DNA from: the human T2T-CHM13v2.0 reference genome, Homo sapiens
DNA: 64,000 nucleotides
Strand: one strand, 5' to 3'
NCBI RefSeq assembly: GCF_009914755.1
Contig: NC_060928.1
This document shows, piece after piece, positions 44,438-58,600 of the stretch. The notes beneath the pieces are model-generated. The model searched no databases, was not told the DNA's origin, and saw only the letters and a program-made list of their open reading frames with translations. The translations under genes and the position numbers were made by a program. Numbering within the stretch: position 1 is the first letter of the stretch; each line of letters opens with the position of its first letter.

Positions 44438-45327
44438 ATCTTCTCCCCTAATTTCCTTTTCACAATACTCATTCCCTGTATTGTAATTATTCAATGTTCA
44501 CCTTCCCTGATAGAGCATGCTTTCTTTTTTCACTGGATCCCCATTGTTTACGTGAATGGAGCACTTGTTGAAAGACCAGCTATGAGCTGGGAGAAAAAGT
44601 AGTGGGCTAAAGACTGGAGAAGCAGGCCAACCAAGAAATCAATGCTGTGAGGTTCTAAGCCTAAATAAACAGCAGGCTAGAATCACAGAATTACAGCTAG
44701 GGTTAGGCACAGAGTGGGTAGAGAAGTGGGGGAGGTGAAGTAGGGTCAACTCAAGAACACATTTTATAAGAAAATAATTCCAATTTGTTCCCTCTCTTCT
44801 GCATGAAGTTTTCCAGTCTTCTGGGAAGGAGACAGAGCTATAAAGTTTTGAACTTTTCTCCAGAGTTGCTGAAATGCTTTTTCACATCCTCACTTTTTTC
44901 TTAGTCTAAGGGATGTGATTATGTTCCCACAATGTGGATCCCTCAAAAGAAATTTTATGATCCGCAGGAAAGAAAACAGGACACAGAGAGCATACGAAAT
45001 ATTTATGGACATATTGTTATATTTTTCAAACTTTTCTTTATCCCCTCTTCCTGCATAGAGAATTTTGTATATATGATTCAATGGCTGACTATCCATTCCC
45101 TTGGCTCTCTGCTTCCCAGCCCACATACAGTGTAGCCCTCAATTCACTACCACTTTATGCAAATCACAATCAAGGTTTCACAGTATATGATATGAAAACC
45201 TTTCAACTTAGTAATTTTAAAAACCCTTATTAAGGTATTGATAAAAGTTGATGTTAGTGACTAAAATCAGTGAAAATATTCTACGTGCTTAGTTTATGCA
45301 TATTTCCTTTTACTTTCATATTAGGGG

Positions 45328-45690
45328 TGTATTAGTTCCTTCTCATGCTACTGAAAAAGACATTTCCAAGACTGGGTAATTTATAAAGAAAAAGAGGTTT
45401 AATGGACTCATGGTTCCACATGGGTAGGGAAACCTGACAATCATAACAGAAGGTGAAAAGCATATCTTGCTTGGTGGCAAACAAGAGAGAAAATGAGAGC
45501 CAAGCGAAAAGGGAAACCCTTATAAAACCATCAGATCTCGTGAGACTTATTCACTACCATAAGAACAGTATAGGGGAAACTGCTCCCATGATTCAATTAT
45601 CTCCCACCAGGTCCCTCCCACAACATGTGGGAATTATGGGCGCTATGCTTGAAGATGAGATTTGGGTGGGAACACAGCCAAACCATATCA
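45328..45690 (-). mobile_element. THE1 solo LTR
   Basis: tgtattagt...ccaaaccatatca with perfect 5-bp TSD agggg (45323-45327 and 45691-45695). Confidence 0.9.
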
Positions 45691-45971
45691 AGGGGTAAGA
45701 AGAGTCTTGGTGAAAGTCCAGCTTTTTATTAGTTGTAACAGATTCTTTTTGATTACTTAATTTCAATAAGGATATTTTTAAGTCTAGTTGTGGAATATAT
45801 GGGAGATGGAAGATGTGATCTGAAGAAAAACTTCGAGATCTACTGGTTTGCTTAATTAAGATCTACTGGTCTAACATTCTGTGAGATAATTCTAATACAT
45901 GCTTACATACATACATTTATATTTTAATTATTTGTCATTTATTTTAAAGTTCTATAAAAATGATTTTAGAG

Positions 45972-46190
45972 TGTGGTTCTCAAGCAGGGGTAATGTTTGC
46001 TCTAGGGAGACATTTTACAGTGTTCAGAGGCATTTTTGGTTGTCATATGGGAGGTGGGGGATAGTGCAACAGACACCTAGTGGGTAAGGGCCAGGGATGT
46101 TGTTAAATATCCTGCAATGCACAGTACAGTTCCTGTGACAAGTAATTACCCAGTTCAAAATGTCAGTAGTGCTGAGGTTGGGAAACCCTG
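45972..46190. mobile_element. MER20 DNA transposon, opposite orientation to the 38.1-kb copy
   Basis: gtggttctcaa...gaggttgggaaaccctg; TSD ttttagag/gtttagag. Confidence 0.82.
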
Positions 46191-46544
46191 GTTTAGAGAA
46201 GAAACATTTAGCTGATGGAAAAAAAATTTGATTCATTTTTCTCAATTTCTCCTTTTTTTCTTTTTAATTCTGTCCTATTCCATAATCTCACTACCAAAAG
46301 TCTTAAGTACTAATTCATGTCATGGAAAAGTAAACAGAAAGAGAAGATGAGTTCTCTTCTTAATGCTAAATAATTTTCGAGCAGGAAATTAGGCAGTAAT
46401 ACACCCTTCTCAAAGCAGCTAAGCCAACTATTAGAGAGCCCTGGTATCCTAATTGAATCAATGTGATGGGAACGAGAAATATTCTGTCTGTAAGCTTTTG
46501 TTGAAGATGAGGCTGTTCACTGGCTGCTATCATTTAAAAAAGAC

Positions 46545-47313
46545 AGAAGGAGTAAGGACCCTTCTTAGGGGTCCTCTGAGCCCCCCCTAAACATAAAATG
46601 AAGAAAAATCTTGAGTCTTTTCAAGAAAAGTTTCAGGTACCTAACTAGCCTTAAAAAATAAACAACTTAATAAGCAAGAAGGTAATAATAATTTAAAGCA
46701 ATGGCCACCCAAATCAGTTAGAGCCACAAGATGTTTATTTCCCCATAAAAACTAAAGATAACATATTGACCTATGTCCCTGAGTTGTTTTTAAGAAGCCT
46801 GGACCCCTACCAGATGAAAAATGCTGACTTGCTATCACATAAACCTTTGATAAGGAAAGCTGAGGACTAAACTCTAATCAGCGTTCTGTGTCCTAAATCT
46901 CTTCTGGAGGATATTGCAAAGAGTCATGCCCACAGGTCAAACTTTAACATTCATTTCTGCTGACTCCAAGATGTCAGACAAAGTCTTTCTTGCTTTACCA
47001 ACTGCAAATCAAAAAATCTCTGAATCCACCTATGGTCTGCAAGCCCCTGCTTTAAGATATCTCACCTTTTGGGGCCAAGCCAATGTATAGCCTCTATATA
47101 CTGATTTATAACTTTGCCTGTAATCTCTGCCTCCCTGCCTTTAAAAACCCTTTGATGTAAGCTCTCAGGAGTTTGGGTGTTAAGCATTAGCTTCCCAGTT
47201 CTCCTTGTTTGGCACCCTACAATAAACACCTCACTTTGCTCTTGCTGCAAATTCTGATGTCAGTGTTTGGCTTTGCTGTGCTGGATAGGTGGACTCAAGT
47301 TCAGTTTGATAAC
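46545..47313 (+). mobile_element. ERV1-class solo LTR (MER39/MER34-like; subfamily uncertain)
   Basis: TATA-like tttaaaaa at about 47140, AATAAA at 47221, ends ...gataaca. Confidence 0.65.
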
Positions 47314-48009
47314 AAAACAAGTCTATTTCTAATATTTACCCAGAAACAAAAAGAATCTACCTATGGAGAGAAGTCTCATTCCCTGCTCCCCTCCACCTCC
47401 ACCAACAATCCAGAAGTAAAGGACCTTCTGAGATAAAGTCATGGGTTTGGATTCCTAACAGCCAGGGTATAATTATGGTAATGTGATGCTTCTGGCATTT
47501 ATAGAACAGAAGTATATGGCAGCATTTACACCTGACATTTAAAACTATACAAATCTGAGAATAGATATTAGGGTGATTGTTTTAGAGTTTTCAAATTATT
47601 GTCTATATTTAGATTTTGAAAAAAGGCATTATAATTAATACCTCTGTCAAAATGACAAGTTCTGTTTTGCAAAAAATAAATCTGAGAATAAGACTAATAG
47701 TGATATTCAAAGAATACGTTATTATAAATGTTTAAGGATGATTGTACTTAACTTCCACATGGTTTACTCTCTCACTTTATTCACCCCTCATCTTATCAGA
47801 AAGGCCTTTCAGGTCCACTTGCTCTAAAATAGCAATTTTTGGTCCTACTGCATCACTTTCTCCTTTCCTCACTTTATTTTATTACAGAACACTTATAATC
47901 ACCTGAAAAAGTATGTATTTATTCACTTAGTTTATCTGTTGTCTTTCTTTGCCATTTCATCCTCTCTATGATGTAAACTACAAGATAACAGAAATTTTTG
48001 ATTTTTAAA

Positions 48010-48275
48010 GCTGAATTCAGCAAGCACCTGTATGGTACCTACTATTTGCCAGGTACAATTCTAAGGACTTGTAGGTCTCTGAAAAGATTAACTTATTTAA
48101 GCTTCATATAACTCTGAGAAGTAGGTTATGCTGATATTCTCATTTTTCAAATGAGGAAACCAAGGAACAGAAAACTTAAGTAATTTGCCCCAAGTTACCC
48201 AGCTAGATAGTGGCAGAGTCAGGATTAGAATCAGACCTTCTCATTTCAGTGTCTTTGCTCCTAATCATTATATTA
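48010..48275 (-). mobile_element. MIR, flanked by L2-like sequence
   Basis: cattttt.aaatgaggaaac.aagg..cagaaaacttaagtaatttgccc core. Confidence 0.75.
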
Positions 48276-48339
48276 CTGTTGTGTCTGCAGCTCCTAGAAC
48301 AGTGTCTGTTTCAGACCAGGCTTCATAAGTATTTTTAAA

Positions 48340-48987
48340 AAATACAAGTATCGGTAGAAGTGTAGGTTCGTTATATAGTTAAATTGTGAGTCATGGGGAT
48401 TTGGTGTTCAGATTATTTCATCACCTGGGTAATAAACATAGTAACGTAAGTAGTGTTTCAATCTTCACCCTCCTCCCATTCTCCACCCTGAAGTGGGCCC
48501 TGGTTTCTGTTTTCTTCTGTGTTCATGTGTACTCAATGTTTAGCTCCCACTTATAAATGAGAACATGTGGTATTTGGTTTTCTGTTCCTGTGTTGGGTTG
48601 TTTAGGATAATGGCTTCTAGCCCCATCCATGTTGGTGCAAAGGACATGATCTTGTTTTTTTATGGCTGTGTAGTATTCCATGTAGTATATGTACCACATT
48701 TTCTTTATCCAGTATACTGTTAATGAGCATTTAGATTGATTTCTTGTCTTTGCTATTGCAAATAGTGCTGTGGTGAACATATGTGTACACCTATCATTAT
48801 GGTAGAATGATTTCTATTTCTTTGTGTATGTAGCCAATAAAGGGATTGCTGGGTCAAATGGTAGTTCTTTTCTAAATTATTTGAGACATTGCCAAACTGC
48901 TTTCCACAATGGCTGAACTAATTCACATTCCCACTAGTAGTGTATAAGTGTTCTTTTTTTCTCTGCAATCTTACCAGCATCTGTTAT
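48340..48987 (-). mobile_element. L1 3' fragment (older L1PA-type)
   Basis: L1 3' UTR and ORF2 end (MFTTALFAIAKT). Confidence 0.85.
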
Positions 48988-49582
48988 TGCATTAGTCTGT
49001 TTTTGCACTACTATAAAGAAATACCTGAGACAGGGTAATTCGTAAAGAAAAGAGATTTAATTGGCTCATGGTCCTGCAGGCTGTACAGGAAGCATAGGTG
49101 AGGAGGTCTCAGGAAACTTAAAATCATGGCAGAAGGCGAAAGGGACTATGAAGAAAGAAGAAATCTGCCCCCATGATCCAATCACCTTCCACCAGGCCCC
49201 ACCTCCAAGATTGGGGACTACAATTTGACCTAAGAGTTGGGTGGGGACACAGACCCAAACCATATCATTGTGCCCCTGGCCCCTCCTAAATCTCACGTCC
49301 TTCTCATATTTCAAATTACAGTCATACCTTCCCAACAGTCCCCCAAAGTCTTAACTCATTCCAGCATTAACTCAGAAGTCCATAGTCCAAATTCCAAAGT
49401 TTCATCTGAGACAAGGGTAGACCCTTCCACTTCTGAGCCTGTAAAATAAAAAAGTGGTTAGTATAAAGTAAAAGTATAGGCATTGGGTAAATACTCCCTC
49501 TCCAAAAGGAAGAAATTGGCCAAAAGACAGAGTCTATAGACCCCGTGCAAGTCCAAAACCCAGCAGGGAAGGCATTAAATTA
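48988..49582 (-). mobile_element. MST/THE1-type LTR (48988-49267) plus internal fragment
   Basis: tgcattagtc...aaaccatatca followed by ccctggcccctcctaaatctcacgtcc internal sequence. Confidence 0.85.
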
Positions 49583-49589
49583 AAAAAAA

Positions 49590-51553
49590 AATTCAATAGG
49601 GTTTTGTGGAACAGGTGGTGCATTGTTACATGGGTAAGTTCTTCTGTGGTGATTTCTGAGATTTTGATGCACCCATCAGCCAAGCAGTGTACACTACACC
49701 CAATGTGTAGTCCTTTATCCCTCTGCCCTATCCCACTCTTCCCCCAGAGTCCCCAAAGCCCACTCTATCATTCTTATGCTTTTGCATCCTCATAGTTTAG
49801 CTCTCACTTACAAGTGAGAACATGCTATGTTAGGTTTTCCATTCCTCAGTTTCTTCCCTTAGAATAGTGGTCTCCAACTCCATCCACAATGCTGTGAATG
49901 TCATTATTTTGTTCCTTTTTATGGCTGAGTAGTATTCCATGGTATTTTCTAGATATATACCATTTTCTTTATTCATTCATTGATTGATGAGCATTTGAGC
50001 TGTTTCCATATTTTTGCAATTGCGAATTGTGCTGCTATAAACATGCATATGCAAGTATCTTTTTCATATAATGACTTCTTTTCCTTTGGATAGATACCCA
50101 GTAGTGAGATTGCTGGATCAAATGGTAGTTCTACTTTAGTTCTTTAAGGAATGTTCAAACTGTTTTCCACAGTGGTTGTACTAGTTTACATTCCCAGCGT
50201 CAGTGTAAAAGTGGTCCTTTTTCACCACATGCATGCCAACATCTATTATATTTTGATTTTTTGATTGTGGCCATTCTTATAGGAGTAAGGTGGTATCACA
50301 TTGTGGTTTTGATTTGCATTTCCCTGATAATTATTGATTGAGCATTTTTTCATATGTTTGTTGCCCATTTGTGTATATTCTTTTAAGAATTGTCTATTCA
50401 TATCCTTAGCTCACTTTTTGATGCGATTATTTGTTTTTTTCTTGCTAATTTTTTTGAGTTCCTTGTACATTCTGGATGTTAGTCTTTTGTTGGAGTCATA
50501 GTTTGCAAAATTTTTCTCTCATTCTGTGGGTTGTCTGTGTACTCTGCTGACAGTTCCTTTTGCTGTGCAAAAGCTCTTTGATTTAAGTAAGTCCCATCTA
50601 TTTATCTTTGTTTTTGTTGCATTTCCTTTTGGGTTCTTGGTCATGAAGTCCTTGCTTAAGACAATGCCTAGCAGGGTTTTTTTTTATGTTATCTTCTCAA
50701 ATTTTTATGGTTTCAAGTCTTAGATTTAAGTCTTTGATACACCTTGAGATGATATTTGTATAAGGTAAAAGATGAGGATCCAGTTTCATTCTTCTACATG
50801 TGGCTTGCCAATTATCCCAGCACCATTTGTTGAATGGGGTGTCATTTCCCCACTTTATGTTTTTGTTTGCTTTGTCAAAGACCAATTGACTATAAGTATT
50901 TGGGTTTATTTCTGGGTTCTCTATTCTGTTCCATTGATCTATGTGCCTATTTTTATACCAGTACCATGCAGTTTTGGTAACAATAGCCTTATAGTTAGTG
51001 TGAAGTCGGGTAATGTCATGTCTCCAGATTTGTTTTTTGCTTAGTCTTGCTTTGGCTATGCAGGCTCTTTTTTGGTTTAATATAAATTTAGGATTTTTTT
51101 TCTAGTTCTGTGAAGAATGATGGTGGTATTTTGATGGGAATTGTATTGAATGTGTAGATTGCTTTTAGCAGTATAGTCATTTTTGCGACATTGACCCTAC
51201 CAATCCAGGAGCAAGGGATGTGTTTCTATTTGTTTGTGTCATCCATGATTTCTTTCAGCTGCGTTTCGTAGTTTTCCTTGTAGAGCTCTTTCACCTCCTT
51301 GGTTAGATATATTCCTAAGTATTTTATTTTTATTTTTTGCAGCTATTGTGGAAGGAGTTGAGTTCTTAATTTGATTTTCAGCTTGGTCGCTGTTGGTGTA
51401 TAGCAGCACTACTGATTTGTGTACATTGATTTTGTATCCTGAAACTTTACTGAAGTTTCAGTTTCATTTATCATCAGATCTATGAGCTTTTTGGACGAGT
51501 CTTTAGGGTTTTCTAGGTATACAATCATATCATCAGTGAACAGCAACAGTTTT
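49590..51553 (-). mobile_element. L1PB-like 3' portion
   Basis: ORF2 fragment ([22 protein letters not shown]) and a 3' UTR similar to the element at 1-5290. Confidence 0.88.
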
Positions 51554-51563
51554 GTATACAACA

Positions 51564-51726
51564 CTGTGGGGGGTAAGGGGAGGGACAGCGTTAGGAGAAA
51601 TACCTAATGTAGATGACGGGTTGATGGGTGTGGCAAACCACCATGGCACGTGTATGCCTATGTAACAAACCTGCACGTTCTGCACATGTATCCCAGAACT
51701 TAAAGTATAATAATAATAATAATAAA
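51564..51726 (+). mobile_element. L1PA-type 3' terminus with (TAA)n tail, no TSD found
   Basis: ttaggagaaatacctaatgtagatgacggg...cagaacttaaagtataataataa. Confidence 0.88.
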
Positions 51727-52140
51727 AGGTTAACCCACTTCCACATCAACATTTGTTAATTTAACAAATATTTATTGAGTGCTGTGTGTCTGAAATACAT
51801 CCATGAGAAAAGATAAAATCTAAACACCAACTAAAATGAAGATCCCTGTTTGCACAATAGTTCAATTTTAGCAGTAAATGTTTTATCATTCATTCTTCAG
51901 TGGTAAAGCTAGGGTAGTTTGTTTTTGAATACTGGTAAGTAGTCATAATCCCTGAACATTATAGACTGCAGAGTTCAACAGTAACTTTGAGAAAACATAA
52001 TAATTGAGTCTGGCTCCCTGGTGAAAGGAAAAATATTACAGAGAATAAGTTTTTAAAGAATAAATATAATACATGAAAAAAATTATAAGTGAGAACTAGC
52101 TTTATTAGTCCATGTTTATTGCGTTCTCATATAAGGGATA

Positions 52141-52523
52141 TGACATGGTTTGGCTTTGTCCCCACCCAAATCCTATCTAGAATTGTAATCTCCATAATCC
52201 CCATATGCCAAGGGAGGGACCTGGGGAGAGGTGATTGGATCTTGGGGCAGTTTCCCTGATGCTGTTTTGGTGATAGTGAGTGAATTCTCATGAGATCTGG
52301 TTGTTTGAGAAGTGTGGGGCTCTTCCCCTTTCGTGCACTCTCTTGCTCTTTCTTGTCACCTTGTGAAGAAAGTACTTGCCTTTCCTTCCCCTTCTGTCAT
52401 GATTGTGAGTTTCCTAAGGCCTCCCCAGCCATGCAGAACTGTGAGTCAATTAAACCTCCTTTGTTTATAAATTACCCAGTCTGGAGTAGTATCTTTATAG
52501 CAGTGTGAAAATGTACTAATGCA
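52141..52523 (+). mobile_element. THE1/MST-type solo LTR
   Basis: tgacatggtttggct...actaatgca; TSD ggata/ggaca. Confidence 0.87.
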
Positions 52524-54235
52524 GGACAGATATAATCAAGAAGGATGAGTGCTATGACTGAGGGATGATCACTATATTGCAGAGAACCATAAGAGAACTC
52601 CAAGTTCTGCCTAGGGGCATGAGAAAAGGCTGTAAAATATTTGCCCATGGAGGAGAAGCAGCTCATTCCAACAAGAAAGAACAGCTTTTTCAAAGGCACA
52701 CACAAATTTCAAAAATTAGTCAATTCAATGCAAACATTTAATGATGATATAAATTAATATTTTTTCTACCATCAATTAGTGGCCAAATGCTTGCTGTGCT
52801 TATAAATGTATAACAGATTTTTGTGAGTGTGTTTTGATTTTGTCCCCATTGTATCAAGTTGAAGACTCTGTATGCACACTGAGGGCTCAATCAATAAAAA
52901 CTGAGAGCTGCTGGCTGCTCAGGGTGCTTGGGGCTGCAACCCCTGGAGAGCATGCATTTTCTCTGAGCTTCTCTAGGAAAATTTTCTCCACAACAAGGAC
53001 CAATTAGTAACAATCTTGTCTACCCCACAAGGCATTTCTGAAGATCCAATAGGACAATTTGATGTATATATGTATTTGTTAATATGGTACCTTTTGAGAT
53101 ATTTATAGTAGGTATAAAGTTGGTTTATGGTAATAACTCAAGGAAATATAATAATAAACTATAAATACAAAATTGGGGCAAATAAAAAGAAAATAAGAAT
53201 CTGAATCATGAAAGACAATATTGTTGTTGAGTCGGACCTGAAATTTGATGAGACGTATTAAGGCAGCCAAAAGAAAGAGTGACACGTAATTGATGATTCT
53301 TACTTTAAAAGAATCATGCACCACAGTTCCGCAGGGAACGCAGGGCTTTTCCTAAAAGGAAAAAAATCAAAGGACATGTCCTTCTTTTGAAATTTTGGGG
53401 ATACAGTGATAGATGTAGTGAATGATCTCCTCAACAATTATTTTTGATAATGGTATCAAGATTAATATCGATTCTGTTAGGGCTAAGCTATTGCTCCAAG
53501 TATGTAATATGACTGCTGATTCAATCTGATCCCAGGTAGAATTCAGAGTATGGGTAGGAGTGACTAGATTATGTTGTCTTTAAGTGATCTTCAATAATGT
53601 CATTTTCTCTTAGCCAGTGATTTGATACATTTTCCATAGCGATGAGGTAGTATTTTCTGATCAGGCTCTGTAGCTTTAAAAAATTGTAAACTATCTCAAG
53701 TATAAAAATATATATGTAGAGATTAGCATGCACCTATGTACCTACCACATAGAATTAACAATGATAACATTTGCTTTAGAGGAAAAAAATTATAGATAAA
53801 TTAGAAGGCCCTTTTGGTTTGGTGCCCAGCCCTTTTTCTGCTTCCTCTTTTCATGAAGTTGGTTCATATCCCTTATTTACACATTTTTGAAACATTTAAC
53901 ATATCTGTATGTATTCATGAGCAATGGCATCATTTTGTTTTCTTAGCAATCATGTAAGTGACAGAACTCTGTATATATAATTTCAAAATTTTGTTTATTT
54001 CCACTAAGCATTTTTTCTTATCTTCTAAAAATTAATTTTATGTATTATTGTAAGTAGATGCTATATGCATATGATACCAAGAATACAAAAGGATATTTCA
54101 TGAAATGCATGTCTTTTAAGAATATCGGTCCTCAAGCTACACATTCCACTTTCCCAGAGGCAAAACCATTATTTCTTGTGAACTCTCCAGATATATACTA
54201 CATATGTACTTTGATGTAGTTTAAATTTCAAGTTT

Positions 54236-54535
54236 TCTTTCTTGTCTTTTCAGAGTTGGGGTCTTGCTCTGTCGCTCAGGCTGGAGTGCAGTGGCATGAT
54301 CATGGGTCACTGCAGCCTTGAACTCCTGGGCTTAAGGGATCTTCTCATCTCAGTCTCCTAAATAGCTGGGACTACAGGCTCAGGCCACCATGCCTGGTAA
54401 GTTAAAACAAGTTTTTTTTAGAGACAGGGTCTCACTATGTTGCTGAAGCTGGTCCCCAATTCCTGGCCTCGAGCCATTCTCCTGTCTCATTTTCCTCAGT
54501 TGCTAGGATTACAGGCGTGAGCCACTGCACCTGGC
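54236..54535 (-). mobile_element. AluJ-like
   Basis: Diverged antisense dimeric Alu. Confidence 0.88.
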
Positions 54536-54985
54536 TCTAATTTTTCTTATTATGAGTGAAATTAAACATCTTTTTATATGTTTAATAGTCATTTGTAATT
54601 CTCTTTCTATGAACTGTGTTTTTAATATATTTTGACCACTTATCCGATGGATTTTCCCCTTTGGTTTTTAAGAGCTCTTAGAAGGCCTATATAAAAATTT
54701 GTTTTCTAAGCTTATTTTCCTGGTTTGTTATTTCTGTTTGTCTTTTTTTTCCTATGTAGAAATTATTAATTTTTATTCCACTGGAATGAGGGATCCTTTT
54801 CTTTTATAGCTTATGGCTTTTTAGTGGCATACTTGGAAAGGCCTTCCCTGTGCTGAGGTTAAAAAATTTTTTTCATTGTTTCTCATGTTTTTACAGTTCT
54901 GTATTTCATTCATGTAAATCTTTCAGCAGTCTGGCATTTATGTTGGTGATGAAGTAGATGAAGTTGGTGATGAAGTAGAAATCTA

Positions 54986-55033
<48 letters not shown>

Positions 55034-55379
55034 TTTTTTTTAGATTACCACTCAGTTGTCTGAACATCTGTTGAATGTTTTAGGAGGCACTGATTTTGAA
55101 GGCACTTTTATCATATCCTAAACTTCCCTATGCTGATGGATCTATTCTAGATCATTCATTTTATTTCATTGTTCTGTCTATGCCTGCATTCCATCTTATT
55201 TCACTGTATTGCTTTAATTATAGCACCTTAATAACCTATTTTAATATTTGGAAGTGTTATAATACATTTCAATATTTGGTTTTTCTTACTTGTTTATTTT
55301 TTAGATGAGCATTGTAATCACCTTGTCCACTTTCTGAAAGAATCATGTCGGTATTTCTTACTGAGATCATGTTAAATTT

Positions 55380-55659
55380 TTTAAGTAATTTAATTAATTA
55401 ATTATTAGAATAATTTCAACATCTATTTTAGATTCAAGGTGTACACATGCCAGTTTGTTACATGGGTATATTGCATGATGCTGAGATTTGGAATACGAAT
55501 GAGCCCGTCACCCAGATAGTGGGCAGAGTACCCAACAGTTAGTGTCTCAACCCTTGCCCAGCTCTCTCCCTGCCCGCTCTAGTCGTCCCCAGTGTTTATT
55601 GTTCCCGTCTTTGTGTCCATGAATACCCAATGTTTAGCTCCCAATTATAAGTGAGAACA
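55380..55659 (-). mobile_element. Short L1PA 3' fragment with 16-bp TSD
   Basis: agatcatg(t/c)taaattt at 55364-55379 and 55660-55675. Confidence 0.85.
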
Positions 55660-58600
55660 AGATCATGCTAAATTTATAGGTAAATTTAGGGAGTCTTGAT
55701 ATCATTATATGATATTAGGCCTTCCTATAGAAGAACTTCATTTGGCTGTACACTAGTTCTTATTTCTATTTGTTCCCTTTTCTTCTTTTTTGTCACATTA
55801 TAAAGTTTCCTTCATGTATATTTTGTATTTTTTATGATCAGTGTTTTTACATTTTTTGTTGTTATTGTGCTGTTGTTACTGAATACAGGGTATTTTAATG
55901 TATTATGTTTTTAACTGGTGATTGCTTATGTACACATAGGCAATTGATTTCTGTACCTTAATTTCTCCTCCACTGCTCTGTCACATTGTCTTAATATTTA
56001 GAATAGTTTCCTTAGGTGAATCTCTTGGATTTTCTAGGTGCCCAATCATATTATCTATAAAAATAATAATTTTATCTGTTTTTTCCCCAGTTTTTATGCT
56101 GATTATGTATTTCCCTAGTTTATTGCTTTTTTTACTATTTGTGATAGTGGTATTTTTGTCTTATTCTTAATTTTAATTGTATATTTTAAAATGTTTTTTC
56201 ATTGAGCAAGATGCTGGCCAATATAATTATGTTTAGGAAGTATTTGTTCTTATTTAAAAATCTGTATTTTTGTTTTTAAACATGAATGAATGAATGTTGA
56301 ATTTAAGAAGTCCCTTTTCAGCATCTGTTGAGATTAATAATATGTTTTTAAATGATACTATGATGAATTATAAGATTTTCTTATAAGTGAATCATTCTTG
56401 AATTCCTGATAAACTATACTTGCTAATATTTTATTCATAACCTTGTTTCAGTAGTCATGTGAATGTAGTTTATAATTTTATTATATGGTTATGTTGGTTT
56501 TTAGTATCAATATTCTAGTTTTATAAGAATAAGAGTTATCTTTTTCTATGCTCTGAAACAGTTAAAGAACATTGGGATTTTTAGTTTTTAAACATTTGGT
56601 AAAACTCCACAGTAAAATTACCTAATTATGTTGCTTTATTTGGGAGAGTGGTTGTTATTTGACAATTTTCTCTATTTTTAATGGTAATTCATCTGTTTAG
56701 GTTTTTATCTTTCTGGATTTAGACTTGGCAATTTATATTTTCCCAGAAAATGAGTCATGCATGCAGGTTTTCAGATTTATTTTTTTTGAATTTAGAAAAC
56801 TATCCTCCATTGGTTTTGCAATTTTCTTTATATCTGTGGTTTTTGATGTCTTTGTCATTTTAACTTTGTGTCTTTATGTGCTCCCTTTTCTTGCTTAGAT
56901 TATCTAAGAGTTTATGTATTTTATTAACTCCCTCCTTCCCCAGAACTCAGTTCTTACATATATTCATTAGCTCTATCTTCATCTCTCTTTTCTCATTCAC
57001 TAATTTTTCCTTTGATTTTTTAAATTTGTTTTGTATTATGTTCATTTTATTCTTTTTCTAATGTTTTGAGTTTAATATTTAATCCATTTATTTTTATTCT
57101 TTGTTTATTAATATATGTATTTAAGTTTACAAATTTTTCTAGCTTCCTCTGTGGCAGGGATAATAATAACTAACATTTATTAGGTGCTCATCATGTCTTA
57201 GGGGATGCTCTAAAAGTTTTCAACAGCACTACGAGGTGGCTGTGATTATTATTACTGTGGTAACAATAATAATCTCTGAAAAAACTTAAGCCTTGAGGTT
57301 GCAAACAATAACAACAATGACAACAACAACAACAATAAAACAAAGAACTTTCTTTCCTAAGGCCAGGCAGTCAATAAAGGTCTCTAGGAAGACAGAAATC
57401 AGAAAGTGTACCAGGATTTTGTTAGATTTTCTGATCTCTGACTCTGATTTGGCAGTAGCCAAGCTTAGTTTTTATATACAAGCAAAAAACCAATAGTATC
57501 TCTCTCTGCTGGCTTGTGAAGAGCAGAATTTGCCTTTGTTTAATACCAGGAGTTGTTTAATAGGCAAGGATAAGTATGCAAGAAAAGTTTAGAGACAGTA
57601 AGATGGCAAATAGAAGGAGAATAGAAGGAGGGGTTGTTTATAAGTTCTGTGTGTGCCTCACCATTGATAGCTGTGTCACCAGTGTAGAGAGGAAGGTAAG
57701 GACAACCAAGATGAACATCACACCGATGTTCCTTATTGCACTCTGCACAACTGTACTTTCCTGTATCATCTTATATCTGTCGTACACCATTGGGATTTCC
57801 TCTGAGGATTCTTCAATAGCCTCTAAAAAGTCAAGAATCAGTACTTGCACAAGTAGTCAAGAAGAATCAATGTGCTGGTTTCAGTAACACTAATCATAGA
57901 AAGAACACATATTTCTGTAGATTTATATCTGTATTACTAGTATATCCTCTTTTTAAATCCACATAATAACACCTTTGTAGATGATCTACACACATCTCCT
58001 TCTTTGTAGGACATCTGAGTTCACCACACTGGCCACAGCTGACTGGAACAGGTATGGACATCTAACTCAAAGTAGGACAATAAATTTTTCTTTCCTAGAA
58101 ATTGGAGCACAGGGACTTCCATGAATTTTTGTTGGATTTGCAACTAGAGAGGCTATTTAAAGTGGCCTGGGGGTAATCATGTGCATACTAAAGTAGAGAA
58201 AATTAGGTTTGGGAAATAGAAAGAGACAGACAAGGGGAGGGAGAGAAATTTAGCATATACAGAGGGTCAGTAGAAATGGAAGGTTCTGTGACTCCAAAAG
58301 AGATAAAGTGAATGACGTCATTTATTGACTGATCCTACTTCTTTGTGAGACCTAGTTTTATCTCCTACCACTGAGTTCCAGGAGACATTCTCGTATTCTA
58401 TCTTTTGCTTAAACTCAGTCCAAGGAATTCTGTTTCTGGCAACCAAACAATCCCTGACTAAGAAAATAATGTTAACATCAAACAATTTGAAAGTAGAAAA
58501 ATACACTGTAATGCCGAGGTTATATACATATACAAACATATATATATGGAAGGACCAAAACAACAAATTAAAATCTTTCCTACATTTCATGGTATTCCCT

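Larger units (their letters stand above)
53680..57140 (-). mobile_element. Old, T-rich L1M remnant with nested AluJ, L1PA fragment and (TA)n/poly-T
   Basis: Degenerate L1 antisense motifs (catctttttatatgtttaatagtcattt, tctcttggattttctagg, ttttcagcatctgttgagat). Confidence 0.6.

Noticed and set aside
45836-45870. 12-bp direct repeat agatctactggt with an 11-bp spacer
   Set aside because: Only two copies; likely a small duplication or chance, not an array.
54942-54979. Duplicated gttggtgatgaagtaga (21-bp period)
   Set aside because: Ordinary slippage duplication inside an old L1.
57576-57887. Hydrophobic 103-aa and 70-aa ORFs on opposite strands
   Set aside because: No recognisable homology, splice context or promoter; consistent with chance ORFs.
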